NCBI GenBank assembly: GCA_963827235.1
Contig: CAWHAE010000012.1
Location: 512,001 to 576,000, forward strand
Length of the DNA: 64,000 nucleotides
Direction of reading: 5' to 3'
Origin: an uncultured bacterium
GTDB lineage: Bacteria > Chloroflexota > UBA5177 > JANWHV01
Shown: positions 40,186 to 49,758 of the stretch, piece after piece
Layout of the letters: each line of letters begins with the position of its first letter
Position numbering within the stretch: the first letter of the stretch is position 1
The notes under the pieces: generated by a model
The model's database searches: none
What the model was told of the DNA's origin: nothing
Seen by the model: only the letters and a program-made list of their open reading frames with translations
Position numbers and translations under genes: made by a program

Positions 40186-41532
40186 ATGTCCACAGGTGCA
40201 GTCCGTCGGATCGTCGTTCGAAGCTGTCTCATTGTCTCACTCCTGTCTTCGGCGCTCACCTTGGGATCCCAGTCCGCCCGATCGGCCAGCAGCGGCCCGG
40301 TCACGCTCACGGTGGCAGGTTGCTGGACCGATGCCGTCCAGGGCCCCGCATTCAAGCGCATCGTCGAGGCATACAACAAGGTGCAGAGCCAGATCCGCAT
40401 CGTCGGCACGTGGAACAACAGCTTCTCCAAGGTGCTGACTCAACAACTGGGTGGCAATCCGCCCGACGTGTACTTCGACTGCTCATCGGGCGAAGTCGGC
40501 ACGTGGGCGAAGAATCACTATATCAAGCCGCTCGAGCCATACATTGCCCAGACCCACTGGAATCCGAACGTGCTCACGCCCTCGGCGCGCGCCTATGTGA
40601 CCTATCAGGGTCAGGTGTGGGCGATGCCGTTCCTCGAGGACACGTTCATGCTTCTCTACAACAAGGCGCTGTTCCGGAAAGCGGGCCTTGACCCCAACAA
40701 TCCGCCCAAGACCTGGGAAGAGATGCGCGCCGACGCAGACAAGTTGACGATCGTCGGTTCCGACGGCCACATAACCCAGGCAGGCATGTTGCCGACCTAT
40801 GCCGGTAACGACTTTGTCGGGACGTGGCTGCCTGTTTACATCACCGGCTTTGGCGGCAAGCTGATCGATGCCAGCGGCACGCACATCACCGCGAACTGCG
40901 CGCAATGCGTCGCTGCCCTGCAGTGGGAGCTGGGCTACTACCAAAAGTGGGGGGCCGACAAGATCGATCGCTTCCAGTCGCGGTACACGGGCGGCCAGCA
41001 GTACTCGGGACCCGGCAACGCCTTCTTCAGCGGCAAGACCGCGATGCTCATCGAGGGCGAGTACTACGTGAAACAGGAGAAGGTGTACAAGGCGAACCTG
41101 GACTACGGCGTGGCACCGCTGCCGTATCCCGCCGGCCACCCTGAGTTGCTGGGCACCGGCATGGCCGGTGGCAACCCCGGCATGATCCTGGCCGGCAGCA
41201 AGCATCCGGACCAGGCCTTCCAGTTCCTGGAGTGGATCGAGACCCTGCAGCCCACCATCGCGTTCGCCAATGCCATCAACAACGTTCCCCAGCTGCGAGC
41301 CGCGGTCACGAGCACCGACCTGGACCCCGACCAGAACTTCCGCACATTCGTTCGCTGGGCTCAGGGATCGAAGATCGCCGTCTTTCCGGTGATTTCGGTG
41401 CAGAATGAGTTCGCCACCGAGATGATTCAGATCGAGGACAAGGTGCTGCACGGTAAGATGGATGCAAAGGCCGGGCTGGATCAGCTGACCAAGGACATCC
41501 AGGCAAGGCTGAGTGGAAACGCAATCCCGTAG
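40186..41532 (+). CDS. Carbohydrate ABC transporter substrate-binding protein
   Basis: AGGAGG RBS; signal peptide; LLYNKALFRKAGLD...PPKTWEE; FFSGKTAM. Confidence 0.92.
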   Translation: MSTGAVRRIVVRSCLIVSLLSSALTLGSQSARSASSGPVTLTVAGCWTDAVQGPAFKRIVEAYNKVQSQIRIVGTWNNSFSKVLTQQLGGNPPDVYFDCSSGEVGTWAKNHYIKPLEPYIAQTHWNPNVLTPSARAYVTYQGQVWAMPFLEDTFMLLYNKALFRKAGLDPNNPPKTWEEMRADADKLTIVGSDGHITQAGMLPTYAGNDFVGTWLPVYITGFGGKLIDASGTHITANCAQCVAALQWELGYYQKWGADKIDRFQSRYTGGQQYSGPGNAFFSGKTAMLIEGEYYVKQEKVYKANLDYGVAPLPYPAGHPELLGTGMAGGNPGMILAGSKHPDQAFQFLEWIETLQPTIAFANAINNVPQLRAAVTSTDLDPDQNFRTFVRWAQGSKIAVFPVISVQNEFATEMIQIEDKVLHGKMDAKAGLDQLTKDIQARLSGNAIP

Positions 41533-41768
41533 GTAGATATCCGGGATAGGCCCGGCGTGGGCTAGAGCGGCGAGGCTCGATCAATCCGGCAAGGCGGGGC
41601 CAGCAAGGTTCGCGAACGCTCGCGCGAGCAAGCGTGGCCCCGCCGGCCGATCTCGCGGGCTGAGCCGCGCAATCGCGGATCGCCTGTGAGTGCGGCCGTT
41701 AGTGGGTTCCGTGGCGACCGGCAAGGTGCGGTCTGCCCGAGACAGCGTGACGTGTGCGGAGGTAGTGC

Positions 41769-42710
41769 GTGCCGGCTCTTCGCGGACCTCGAGGCCTCGG
41801 CAAGAATCGCCGGCGCGACCTTTGGGCGGGCCTGATATTCTCGCTGCCGTTCACGATTGGCTTTCTCGCCTTCACCCTGTATCCCATGGTCGCCTCCCTG
41901 ATCTACAGCTTCCAGCACTACAACGGCATGGACGAGCAGTGGTGGGTAGGCTTCCGCAACTACCTGTACCTCATTCAGAGCGACGACGCGTTCCACGGTG
42001 CTGTCTACAACACGCTCTACATGGTGGCAATCGGCGTGCCGCTGAGTCTCGCTTTCGGCTTCGTCACGGCCATCCTGCTGAATCTGCCGGTGCGCGGCCA
42101 GGCGCTCTATCGGAGTGCACTCGTGTTGCCGGCCTTTCTGCCGCTCGTGCCGATCGCCATGCTCTGGAACTGGATGTTCTCGGCAGACAACGGCATCGTC
42201 AACTACATTCTGAGCTGGCTGCAGCTGCCCCAGCCCGGCTGGTTGATCGACCCTAGCTGGTCGCGTCCTACGCTGATCCTGCTCAATCTCTGGACCGGCG
42301 GCACAGTCACTATCATCTACCTGGCCGCCTTGCAGGATGTGCCCGAGAGTCTCTACGAAGCCGCCGCTCTGGACGGAGCCGGGCCTCTCGCGCGACTGCG
42401 GCACGTGACGCTGCCAATGGTCTCTTCGGCCACGTTCTTCAACCTGATCACCGGCATCGTGGCCGCCTTTCAGATCTTTGCACCCGCGTACGTCATCTCG
42501 CTCGACACGAACAACAATGCCGCGGTCGGCGCGCCCCAGGGCTCGCTGGTCTTCTACCTCATCTACCTGTGGCAACAGGCTTTCTCTGATGCACGCATCG
42601 GATACGCGTCGGCGATTGCCTGGCTCCTGTTCCTGGTGATCATGGTGATCACGGCGATACTCTTTGTCGGTGCCAGGCGATGGGTGTACTACGCGGGAGA
42701 TACCGCCTGA
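41769..42710 (+). CDS. Carbohydrate ABC transporter permease
   Basis: WVGFRNY; LQDVPESLYEAAALDGA; GYASAIAW. Confidence 0.93.
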   Translation: MPALRGPRGLGKNRRRDLWAGLIFSLPFTIGFLAFTLYPMVASLIYSFQHYNGMDEQWWVGFRNYLYLIQSDDAFHGAVYNTLYMVAIGVPLSLAFGFVTAILLNLPVRGQALYRSALVLPAFLPLVPIAMLWNWMFSADNGIVNYILSWLQLPQPGWLIDPSWSRPTLILLNLWTGGTVTIIYLAALQDVPESLYEAAALDGAGPLARLRHVTLPMVSSATFFNLITGIVAAFQIFAPAYVISLDTNNNAAVGAPQGSLVFYLIYLWQQAFSDARIGYASAIAWLLFLVIMVITAILFVGARRWVYYAGDTA

Positions 42711-43630
42711 TGTCCAGCACGCAAGAAGCCGAGCCTGTGGCTCGCAATGGTCTTCCACTTGCCAAGCGTGGCAGGACTCTCTTGGGCGTCACCCTGCACC
42801 GCTGGCGGAGCCTGGCCATGCACCTGGTGCTGACCATCATGGCCGTGATGTTCGCATTCCCGGTGATATGGATGGTCATCACGTCGTTCAAGGGACCGCA
42901 GGAGGTCGCCACCGTTCCGCCCACCATCTTGCCCAAGACCTGGCTATTCTCCAACTACCCGGATGCGATGCAATACATCGACTACGGGCGCTACATGTTC
43001 AACACGGTTCTGATCAGCCTTCTCGTCGTGGTCGGCACGGTGATGTCCTGCGCCCTATCGGCCTATGCGTTCTCGTGCATTCGCTGGCCCGGTCGCGGAG
43101 CTCTGTTTGCGCTGGCGTTGAGCACCATGTTGTTGCCGTACCCGGTGACCATCGTGCCCCTGTTCGTCACGTTTCGCACGCTCGGCTGGACGAGCGCGCA
43201 CGACTGGCACATCATTCTGCCGCTGGTGGTTCCGGCGTTCTTTGGCAACGCTTTCTACATCTTCTTGCTGCGCCAGTTCTTTCGCACCATTCCGCGCGAT
43301 CTGCTCGAGGCCGCCAGGATGGACGGCTCGTCATATCTGGACACGTTCTTGAACGTGGTGCTGCCGTTGGCTCGCGCCGCCCTGGCCGTCGTGGCGCTTC
43401 TCTCGTTTCTCGGTACCTGGACCGACTTCTTTGCACCGACGATCTATCTCAGCGACGTGCACTGGTACACGCTCTCGGTCGGCCTCGAGGAATACAAGTC
43501 GCAGCACGGCCTGCAAGCCGGCTTCCTGATGGCAGCCTCGGTCATCTTTATCATGCCGATCGTAGTTCTATTCTTCTTCACCCAGAAGACGTTCATTCGA
43601 GGCATTACCATGACCGGGATCAAGGGATAG
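42710..43630 (+). CDS. Carbohydrate ABC transporter permease
   Basis: LLRQFFRTIPRDLLEAARMDG; QKTFIRGITMTGIKG; TGATG coupling to the previous gene. Confidence 0.93.
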   Translation: MSSTQEAEPVARNGLPLAKRGRTLLGVTLHRWRSLAMHLVLTIMAVMFAFPVIWMVITSFKGPQEVATVPPTILPKTWLFSNYPDAMQYIDYGRYMFNTVLISLLVVVGTVMSCALSAYAFSCIRWPGRGALFALALSTMLLPYPVTIVPLFVTFRTLGWTSAHDWHIILPLVVPAFFGNAFYIFLLRQFFRTIPRDLLEAARMDGSSYLDTFLNVVLPLARAALAVVALLSFLGTWTDFFAPTIYLSDVHWYTLSVGLEEYKSQHGLQAGFLMAASVIFIMPIVVLFFFTQKTFIRGITMTGIKG

Positions 43631-43810
43631 CGGTGGGCAGCATGTCGCGGCGGCGGCCTGCCGTAGCCGGATGGCAAGCACTCGGGCGTGGTCTGACCTG
43701 CTTCCGGCCCCTGCGCAGGCCTTCTGCCTGCCCTGGACCGCCGCGCTAACCCACGGAGCACGCGGAATCCCACCTTGCGCGGTTGAGGCGCAGGGCTATT
43801 GCCTGAGGTG

Positions 43811-43824
43811 TGGAAACGTTTACA
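43811..43824. promoter_or_regulatory. LacI-type operator
   Basis: TGGAAACGTTTACA; 12/14 identical to the reverse complement of the 40074 site. Confidence 0.65.
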
Positions 43825-43842
43825 GATTGCAGTGGAGGGACC

Positions 43843-44919
43843 ATGAAACGGGTAAGAACGGGCGTAATAGGCTGCGGAGGCGTTGCGCAGGTCATGCATC
43901 TTCCCTACCTGCGTGAGTTGGACGACCGCTTCGAGATCGTCGCGCTCTGCGATGTCTCGCCCAGCGTGCTCGATGCGGTTGGCGACCACTACGGTGTCGC
44001 CGCTCGGTACACCGATTATCGCGACCTCGTCGCGCACGACCTCGACGCGGTGCTGGTACTGACACCGGGATCGCATGGTCCCGCCGCGCTCGCCGCCCTC
44101 GAGCACGGCCGGCATGTCCTGGTCGAGAAGCCGATGTGCTTCACGCTGCGCGAGGCCGACGAGCTGATCGGCGCCTCGCGCAAGCGCGGCCGAGTGCTGA
44201 TGGTCGCCTACATGAAGCGCTTTGACTCGGGCTACCGCTTCGCCCAACAGGCCGTCAGGCGGCTCAAGAACTTGCGCGCCGTCGAAGTGCATATCTGGCA
44301 TCCGTCCGAGCCGCAATACCTGAGCCACCATCGCATCGCCCGCGCTCAGGACGTGCAGGCGGCCGTGTTGGCGAGCATGCGCGCGATGAACGATGAGCTT
44401 GTCCGCGAGGCCATCGGCGACGCACCTCCGTGGTTGCGCTACGCCTATGAGGAGGTGCTTCTGGGCAGCATCATCCACGACATCAACGCGCTTCGCGGCC
44501 TTCTCGGTGCTCCAAGGGCAGTGCTTACTACCGACATCTGGGCAGATGGCCTGGCAGTCATGAGCACCTTTGATTACGGCGAGTCCGCACGGGGTGTGCT
44601 CACCTGGGCGTTCCTCGACGACGTGCGACGCTATCGCGAAGATCTGGCCTTCCTGGCTACTGATGGCCGCGTCGAGATCCGGTTCCCCTCCCCATTCCTC
44701 AAGAGCGTGCCGACACCGGTGGTAGTGGAAAGCACGGAAGATGGGGTGTACGCTCTTCATGAGCACCAAGTCGATTTCGAAGAGGCATTCAAGCAGGAGC
44801 TGATCCACTTCCACCATTGCGTCGTCGAAGGCGCAGAGCCCCTGACGACGGCAGAGGAAGCCAAGGCCGACATCGAGCAAGCGATCGAGATGGTCGCCGT
44901 GTACCAACGCACGCACTAG
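43843..44919 (+). CDS. Gfo/Idh/MocA family oxidoreductase
   Basis: GVIGCGGVA..HLP; VEKPM; YMKRFD; SIIHD; GGAGG RBS. Confidence 0.92.
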   Translation: MKRVRTGVIGCGGVAQVMHLPYLRELDDRFEIVALCDVSPSVLDAVGDHYGVAARYTDYRDLVAHDLDAVLVLTPGSHGPAALAALEHGRHVLVEKPMCFTLREADELIGASRKRGRVLMVAYMKRFDSGYRFAQQAVRRLKNLRAVEVHIWHPSEPQYLSHHRIARAQDVQAAVLASMRAMNDELVREAIGDAPPWLRYAYEEVLLGSIIHDINALRGLLGAPRAVLTTDIWADGLAVMSTFDYGESARGVLTWAFLDDVRRYREDLAFLATDGRVEIRFPSPFLKSVPTPVVVESTEDGVYALHEHQVDFEEAFKQELIHFHHCVVEGAEPLTTAEEAKADIEQAIEMVAVYQRTH

Positions 44920-45103
44920 CAGGTCACCTGTCCTGCTCACGGCCCGCCTGGTCGCGGCCTTCAGGCCGCCTCGCCGGAACGGCGTGGAGCAGAGCAAGCG
45001 ACCCACAGGTCGTGGAATGATAGGCAGTCGAAGGTCGCCCGTGCTGGGCAGGCCGCCCGGCGCAAGGCTCGCGCTGGGTTCCGAGGATCGAAGGAGATGA
45101 GGA

Positions 45104-46054
45104 ATGCGTATTGGCGTTTTCACTGACAGCACCCCGCAGCTTCCGCTTGAGACTGCGCTTGACCGGTATGCGGCCTGGGGAATTACCGCAGTGGAGCTTG
45201 GCACGGGCAACTTCTCACCCGCGCCGCATCTCAACCTGGCCGAGCTGTTGAGCGATGGCGGAGCACGCCGCCGGTTGCTCGACGACCTGGCGGCGCGTGG
45301 CCTGGCGCTGTGCGCGCTGAACTGCAGCGGTAATCCGCTTCACCCCGACCACGATGAGGCGAAACATGACGCGAAGGTCATTAACGACACCATCAGCTTG
45401 GCGGCCTTGCTGGGCGTCGATCGTGTCGTGACCATGAGTGGGTGCCCTGGCTCGCCTGACGGCAGCAGACATCCGAATTGGGTCACATTTACCTGGCCGG
45501 ACCATTTTGCCCAGCTGCTGCGCTGGCAGTGGGATGAGGTCATCCTTCCGTTCTGGAGCGAGACGGCCAGTCTGGCGCGCGAGCACGGCATTCTTCTGTG
45601 CTTTGAGATGCATCCGGGCATGAGCGTCTACAACACCGCGTCGTTGCTGCGGCTCCGGTCCGCGATCGGCCAGACCATCGCCGCCAACCTGGATCCAAGT
45701 CACCTCTGGTGGCAGGGCATGGATCCGCTCGAGGTCGTGCGTGCCCTCGGGCCGGCCATTGGCCACGTTCACGCAAAGGACACTCGCGTGGATCCACACG
45801 TGACCTCCATAAACGGCTGCATCGACACGACGGAGATCGCATCCCCGCTCACCAGCCCCTGGGTGTTTCGTGCCGTCGGCTATGGGCACGACGCTGGCTG
45901 GTGGCGCGACTTCATCAGCCTGCTTGCGATGACGGGATACGATGGTGTGCTCAGTATCGAGCATGAGGACCCGCTGATGAATGCCGAAGAAGGTACGCGC
46001 ATGGCAGCCGCGTTTCTTTCGCCGCTCGTGTTTCAGACCATCTCGACCACGTGA
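45104..46054 (+). CDS. Xylose-isomerase-like TIM barrel (sugar phosphate isomerase/epimerase, AP_endonuc_2 family)
   Basis: SGNPLHP, FEMHPG, NLDPSHLWWQG, HVHAKD, GYDGVLSIEHED. Confidence 0.9.
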   Translation: MRIGVFTDSTPQLPLETALDRYAAWGITAVELGTGNFSPAPHLNLAELLSDGGARRRLLDDLAARGLALCALNCSGNPLHPDHDEAKHDAKVINDTISLAALLGVDRVVTMSGCPGSPDGSRHPNWVTFTWPDHFAQLLRWQWDEVILPFWSETASLAREHGILLCFEMHPGMSVYNTASLLRLRSAIGQTIAANLDPSHLWWQGMDPLEVVRALGPAIGHVHAKDTRVDPHVTSINGCIDTTEIASPLTSPWVFRAVGYGHDAGWWRDFISLLAMTGYDGVLSIEHEDPLMNAEEGTRMAAAFLSPLVFQTISTT

Positions 46055-46247
46055 TGCTCGAAGCCGGCCGGCGGCGTCGTCGGCTGCGCTGCTCGCCGAC
46101 GAGGGGGCCATGGCGTCGGAACGCACTACGCTATCGGGGAATGGTGGGCGACGGGGGTACAGCAGTATGATGGCAGCAAAAGGGGGCCGGCTCGGTACCG
46201 CGCGGCCGTAATACCACCGCAGGCGGGATCGCAGTCCGGGAGACGGC

Positions 46248-46784
46248 ATGCAGACCACTACCCTGGGCCGCACCCGGGGCCGGCAAGTCCCGTTCACCGT
46301 CGTGCTGGTGGCGCTCGCGGCGTTCGCCGCGCTCATCATAGCGGGATTCGGACCGTCGATGGAGCACCGCCTGGGGTACCTGCGGGCTCCGGCATGCGCT
46401 GCCGGCACACTGCCGACGGTGGCCTGCGTACAATCTGGGCCAGCCTCGGTGGTGAGCACGAGTCCCACGCGGTATGATTCGCAAAAGAAGCGGTATGCCG
46501 CCGAGGTGGTGACGGTGGCACTGGGCGGTACCACCGTGACCGAGACGTTCGCCGGCATGCCAGACAGGGTGCTTCAGCCAGGCGAGTCGGTGCTCGTCCA
46601 TGTCTGGCGGAACCATGTGGTCAGCATGACGGCGGGCGGGAACGCATACGACAGCGATTACCTCGGCAGCTGGATTCCCTTGATCGCGCTGGCCGGGCTA
46701 GCCGGTATCGCGCTGGTCTGGTTTCTGGCGTCGGTGGTGGGTGGTCAGCCGATTGTTGCGCGCCGGCCCCGCGTCATCACCTGA
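46248..46784 (+). CDS. Hypothetical membrane protein (two TM helices flanking a small beta domain)
   Basis: Hydrophobic segments at both ends; GGGAG RBS. Confidence 0.6.
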   Translation: MQTTTLGRTRGRQVPFTVVLVALAAFAALIIAGFGPSMEHRLGYLRAPACAAGTLPTVACVQSGPASVVSTSPTRYDSQKKRYAAEVVTVALGGTTVTETFAGMPDRVLQPGESVLVHVWRNHVVSMTAGGNAYDSDYLGSWIPLIALAGLAGIALVWFLASVVGGQPIVARRPRVIT

Positions 46785-46883
46785 GCGCGCAACGATGACG
46801 CCACGTCAGCGTTGTCTGGAGGTGGAGGACTGTTCACCATTTTGCAGCCGGCTCCCGCCGAATCTGGTTTTCGACGCTCGGCT

Positions 46884-47816
46884 TCATGCCGTTGGATCAT
46901 AGTGATGGGTGGTGTCTGGCCGGGCTCGCACGGCCAGATTCCGCGCTCGAAATGCCGTGGCACTCTGGCCGAAGTACGCCCTGAAGCGCCGGGCAAAGTA
47001 GTTCGGATCCGGCCAGCCGATGCTGCGGCCGACCCGGGCCACCGGATAATCGGTGCGCAGCAGCATGGTGGCCGCGTGTTCTGCTCGCCTGGCCGCCAGG
47101 TAGGCCATGGGAGGTAGACCCGTCTGAAGCCGGAAGAGGCGGGCGAGATAGGAGGCGTTGAGGTGAACGCCGGCTGCTAGCTCGGTCAGCGTCCACTCAT
47201 GGGCGAGTTCCGCTTCCAGGAGACCCACGCCTGCGGCCACGGCCTCGTGTACCGGCTGCTTCCGCGCTTCCAGGTCCTCATCGGCATGTGCCACCATCCG
47301 CGCAAGCTCGGACAGAACCAGGAGCAGATGTCCGAGGGTACTTGCCTTGTCGTCCGGCTCCGCCGCCTGCGCGGAGCCGAAGAGTGCAGCAAGTCGCCGG
47401 CGGAAGCGGGCAAGGGCACCGGGAGCCAATCGCGTGATCAGAATTCCCCGCCGATCCACGCTCATCGGACCTGCCTGAAGCAGGTAGTGCAGCCTTGCGT
47501 CGTCGTGCAGCCAGGCCAACTCGTGCTGCAACAGCTCGAGGCCGAAACAGCAGTTGAACACCTCCAGATCACGGCAATCGAGGTAGCCGTGCCAGGCTCC
47601 CGGCCGCAGAATGCACGCGTCGCCTTTCTGAAGAGGCTGGCATCCGTGGATCGTACTGTGCACGCCGTGGCCGGCGCCGATCACCATGATCTCGACGAAG
47701 TCGTGACTGTGCGTCTCGAAGCTGCCGTCCAGAACTGTGCGCGCGGCATAGACCGGCGCTCGCCCGCCGCCGAATACGCGAGCCCGCGGATAGAGCGCCG
47801 GCTTAGCCTGGCTCAA
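46884..47816 (-). CDS. AraC-family regulator with cupin domain (RhaR/RhaS-like)
   Basis: HSHDFVEI...G.G.H...RPGAWH; YLARLFRLQTG; GWPDPNYFARRF. Confidence 0.92.
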   Translation of the reverse strand: MSQAKPALYPRARVFGGGRAPVYAARTVLDGSFETHSHDFVEIMVIGAGHGVHSTIHGCQPLQKGDACILRPGAWHGYLDCRDLEVFNCCFGLELLQHELAWLHDDARLHYLLQAGPMSVDRRGILITRLAPGALARFRRRLAALFGSAQAAEPDDKASTLGHLLLVLSELARMVAHADEDLEARKQPVHEAVAAGVGLLEAELAHEWTLTELAAGVHLNASYLARLFRLQTGLPPMAYLAARRAEHAATMLLRTDYPVARVGRSIGWPDPNYFARRFRAYFGQSATAFRARNLAVRARPDTTHHYDPTA

Positions 47817-48331
47817 CGGATGTCCCGCCTCGATTAGTCAAGAACGTGCTAGCAGGAGCCATACGGTAGGCTAACGCCCCGGGGCATAGCTGCCTCATCA
47901 TCATGATAGAGCGATGGGCAGCCGTGCGGTGCGGCTCGGTCGTTCACGGGCCGCAGAGGAGCCATGCCGGCATTGATGCTGTTGGCGACCAGATGCCCCG
48001 CACGAGGACTAGAGGCGCATCGGGACCTCCTTGCTCCCGGGACCACGCGCGTCCCGCTCGCCTCGGTCTGGCGTACGGGGCGGGCACAGTGGCCGCGTTC
48101 CCAGAGTCGGGAGCGTCGGCGCTCTCTCCGCTGCTGCCGGCGGTATCAACATTGTCCTATACGGAGTCGCCAGGCGGGCGTCGATGCCGGACCCGGTCGG
48201 AGAGCCCTGAGTCTGCCCGCCGTGAGCGGCGGGCTTCAACGCGGGTGGGCATGCCGGGCAGCCCATAACGGTGGACCGGACGGCGGTGACGGAAGCTTGT
48301 TCCCCGGCGGCAGCGCCGGATTGAGGTCGAA

Positions 48332-49483
48332 ATGACGGCACAGTGTGACACAGAGAGGCTGATCGACGGGCTGATCGAGAAGGTCCTGGACCGCTATCCG
48401 CCCGAACGCGTGGCCAACATCAAGGAACGTACCGAGTCCGTTTGGCGCGGCAGTCCCCCGGCTGACCGCATGGTGTACGTGGTGGGCGAGGGCGACGAGA
48501 TTCGAGATCTCCCCCAGATCCCGGAGGAAGCGAGCCAGGATCAGACGGACCTGATCATGCAGCTACAGACAATCGCCAACCACGCCGACTGGGACGACGA
48601 CTTCTTCCCGGCTATCGGCTCCGGACTCAGGCAGGTCGCCATCCCCTCCTATTTCGGCTGTCGCGAGGAAGCGGTCTCCGCGTCGAATCGCGTGGGACCA
48701 ATCATCACCGACCCAGCCGACGTCTACTCCCTGCCCGAGATCGGCTTCGTGCCGGGCACTGTGGGCGGAGATATCCTGGCGAAGATGCAGTACTTCCATC
48801 GACGCACGGCCGGCCGCATCCCCGTTTACATGACGGATATGCAGGGGCCGTTCTCGATAGCGGCGCAGCTGTGGGGCGTCGAGCCGTTCCTGCTTGCCGT
48901 GCAGGACTGCCCGGCAGAAGTGCACCATCTGCTGCAGAAATGCACCGACGTGGCGATCGGTTACTACAAGCTGATGCGCGAGGCCGTGGAAGGCGACTGG
49001 GTGCCGCTGCACTGCCACCCCCTGCTCTGGATGCCCGAGAGCCTTGGAGTTGCCGCCAGCGACGACTTCCTGGCCATCGTGTCGCCTCGCTGCCTGCGCG
49101 TGTTCAGTCGCCCTTACCTGGAGCAAATCGCGGCGACGTTTGGCGGTGTCGTCGTGCACTCCTGCGGCAGCATGAACCGGGCGATTGGCGAGCTCAATCA
49201 GGTCCGTGGTCTGATCGGGCTGAATTTCAGCTCCACGGAAACGGATTTGCCGATGCTGGCGGCGGAAGCCGATCCTCGCCTCGTGCTGCTCGTCCACTGC
49301 GCCGGCGTACATCGCAGCGACCTGCCGCAGTTGACTCCATTGGAGCACATCGAGCAGTGCAGGCGCGTCTTCGCGGAGCACCACCGGGCGGGAATGTGCA
49401 TGGCCTTTCCCTGCGCCGGCGTGCAGCCCGATCCGTGGCGGGACGCGCAGGAGTACCGGCAGGCGGCGACCTACCGTCAATAG
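48332..49483 (+). CDS. Uroporphyrinogen decarboxylase (URO-D/CIMS)-like protein
   Basis: TDMQGPFSIAAQLWG, SDDF...VSP, F..PYL, VVHSCG. Confidence 0.75.
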   Translation: MTAQCDTERLIDGLIEKVLDRYPPERVANIKERTESVWRGSPPADRMVYVVGEGDEIRDLPQIPEEASQDQTDLIMQLQTIANHADWDDDFFPAIGSGLRQVAIPSYFGCREEAVSASNRVGPIITDPADVYSLPEIGFVPGTVGGDILAKMQYFHRRTAGRIPVYMTDMQGPFSIAAQLWGVEPFLLAVQDCPAEVHHLLQKCTDVAIGYYKLMREAVEGDWVPLHCHPLLWMPESLGVAASDDFLAIVSPRCLRVFSRPYLEQIAATFGGVVVHSCGSMNRAIGELNQVRGLIGLNFSSTETDLPMLAAEADPRLVLLVHCAGVHRSDLPQLTPLEHIEQCRRVFAEHHRAGMCMAFPCAGVQPDPWRDAQEYRQAATYRQ

Positions 49484-49490
49484 CCGGTCA

Positions 49491-49504
49491 AGAAACCGGT
49501 TCCA
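49491..49504. promoter_or_regulatory. LacI-type operator candidate
   Basis: AGAAACCGGTTCCA, similar to TGAAACCCATTCCA at 50893. Confidence 0.45.
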
Positions 49505-49539
49505 TAAACGGTTGCCTTGGGACAAACAGTCGTAACCGG

Positions 49540-49579
49540 CTCCGGCGTACACCGGGCGCGCGTCCGGCGTACGCCGGAG
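49540..49579 (+). terminator. GC-rich hairpin after the URO-D-like gene
   Basis: CTCCGGCGTAC-A-CCGG / CCGG-C-GTACGCCGGAG, one mismatch. Confidence 0.5.
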
Positions 49580-49705
49580 GGGCGTAAGCGACCACCTTCT
49601 CGAGGAAGTAGGTCAGCCGTCCAGAGAAGACCGACCGGAGACGCACGCTCCGGCGCTGTTTGTCGGCTGGCGCTCGCTCGTGATTCGCCAATTTGCGACG
49701 GCACC

Positions 49706-49758
49706 TTGACAACGGCGCCGTCCAGGAATATAGTGACCGCTGTGAAAGAGGTTACACA
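49706..49758 (+). promoter_or_regulatory. Near-consensus sigma-70 promoter with an operator-like palindrome over the lacI start
   Basis: TTGACA-N17-TATAGT (49706-49734); TGTGAAAGAGGTTACACA (49741-49758). Confidence 0.75.
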
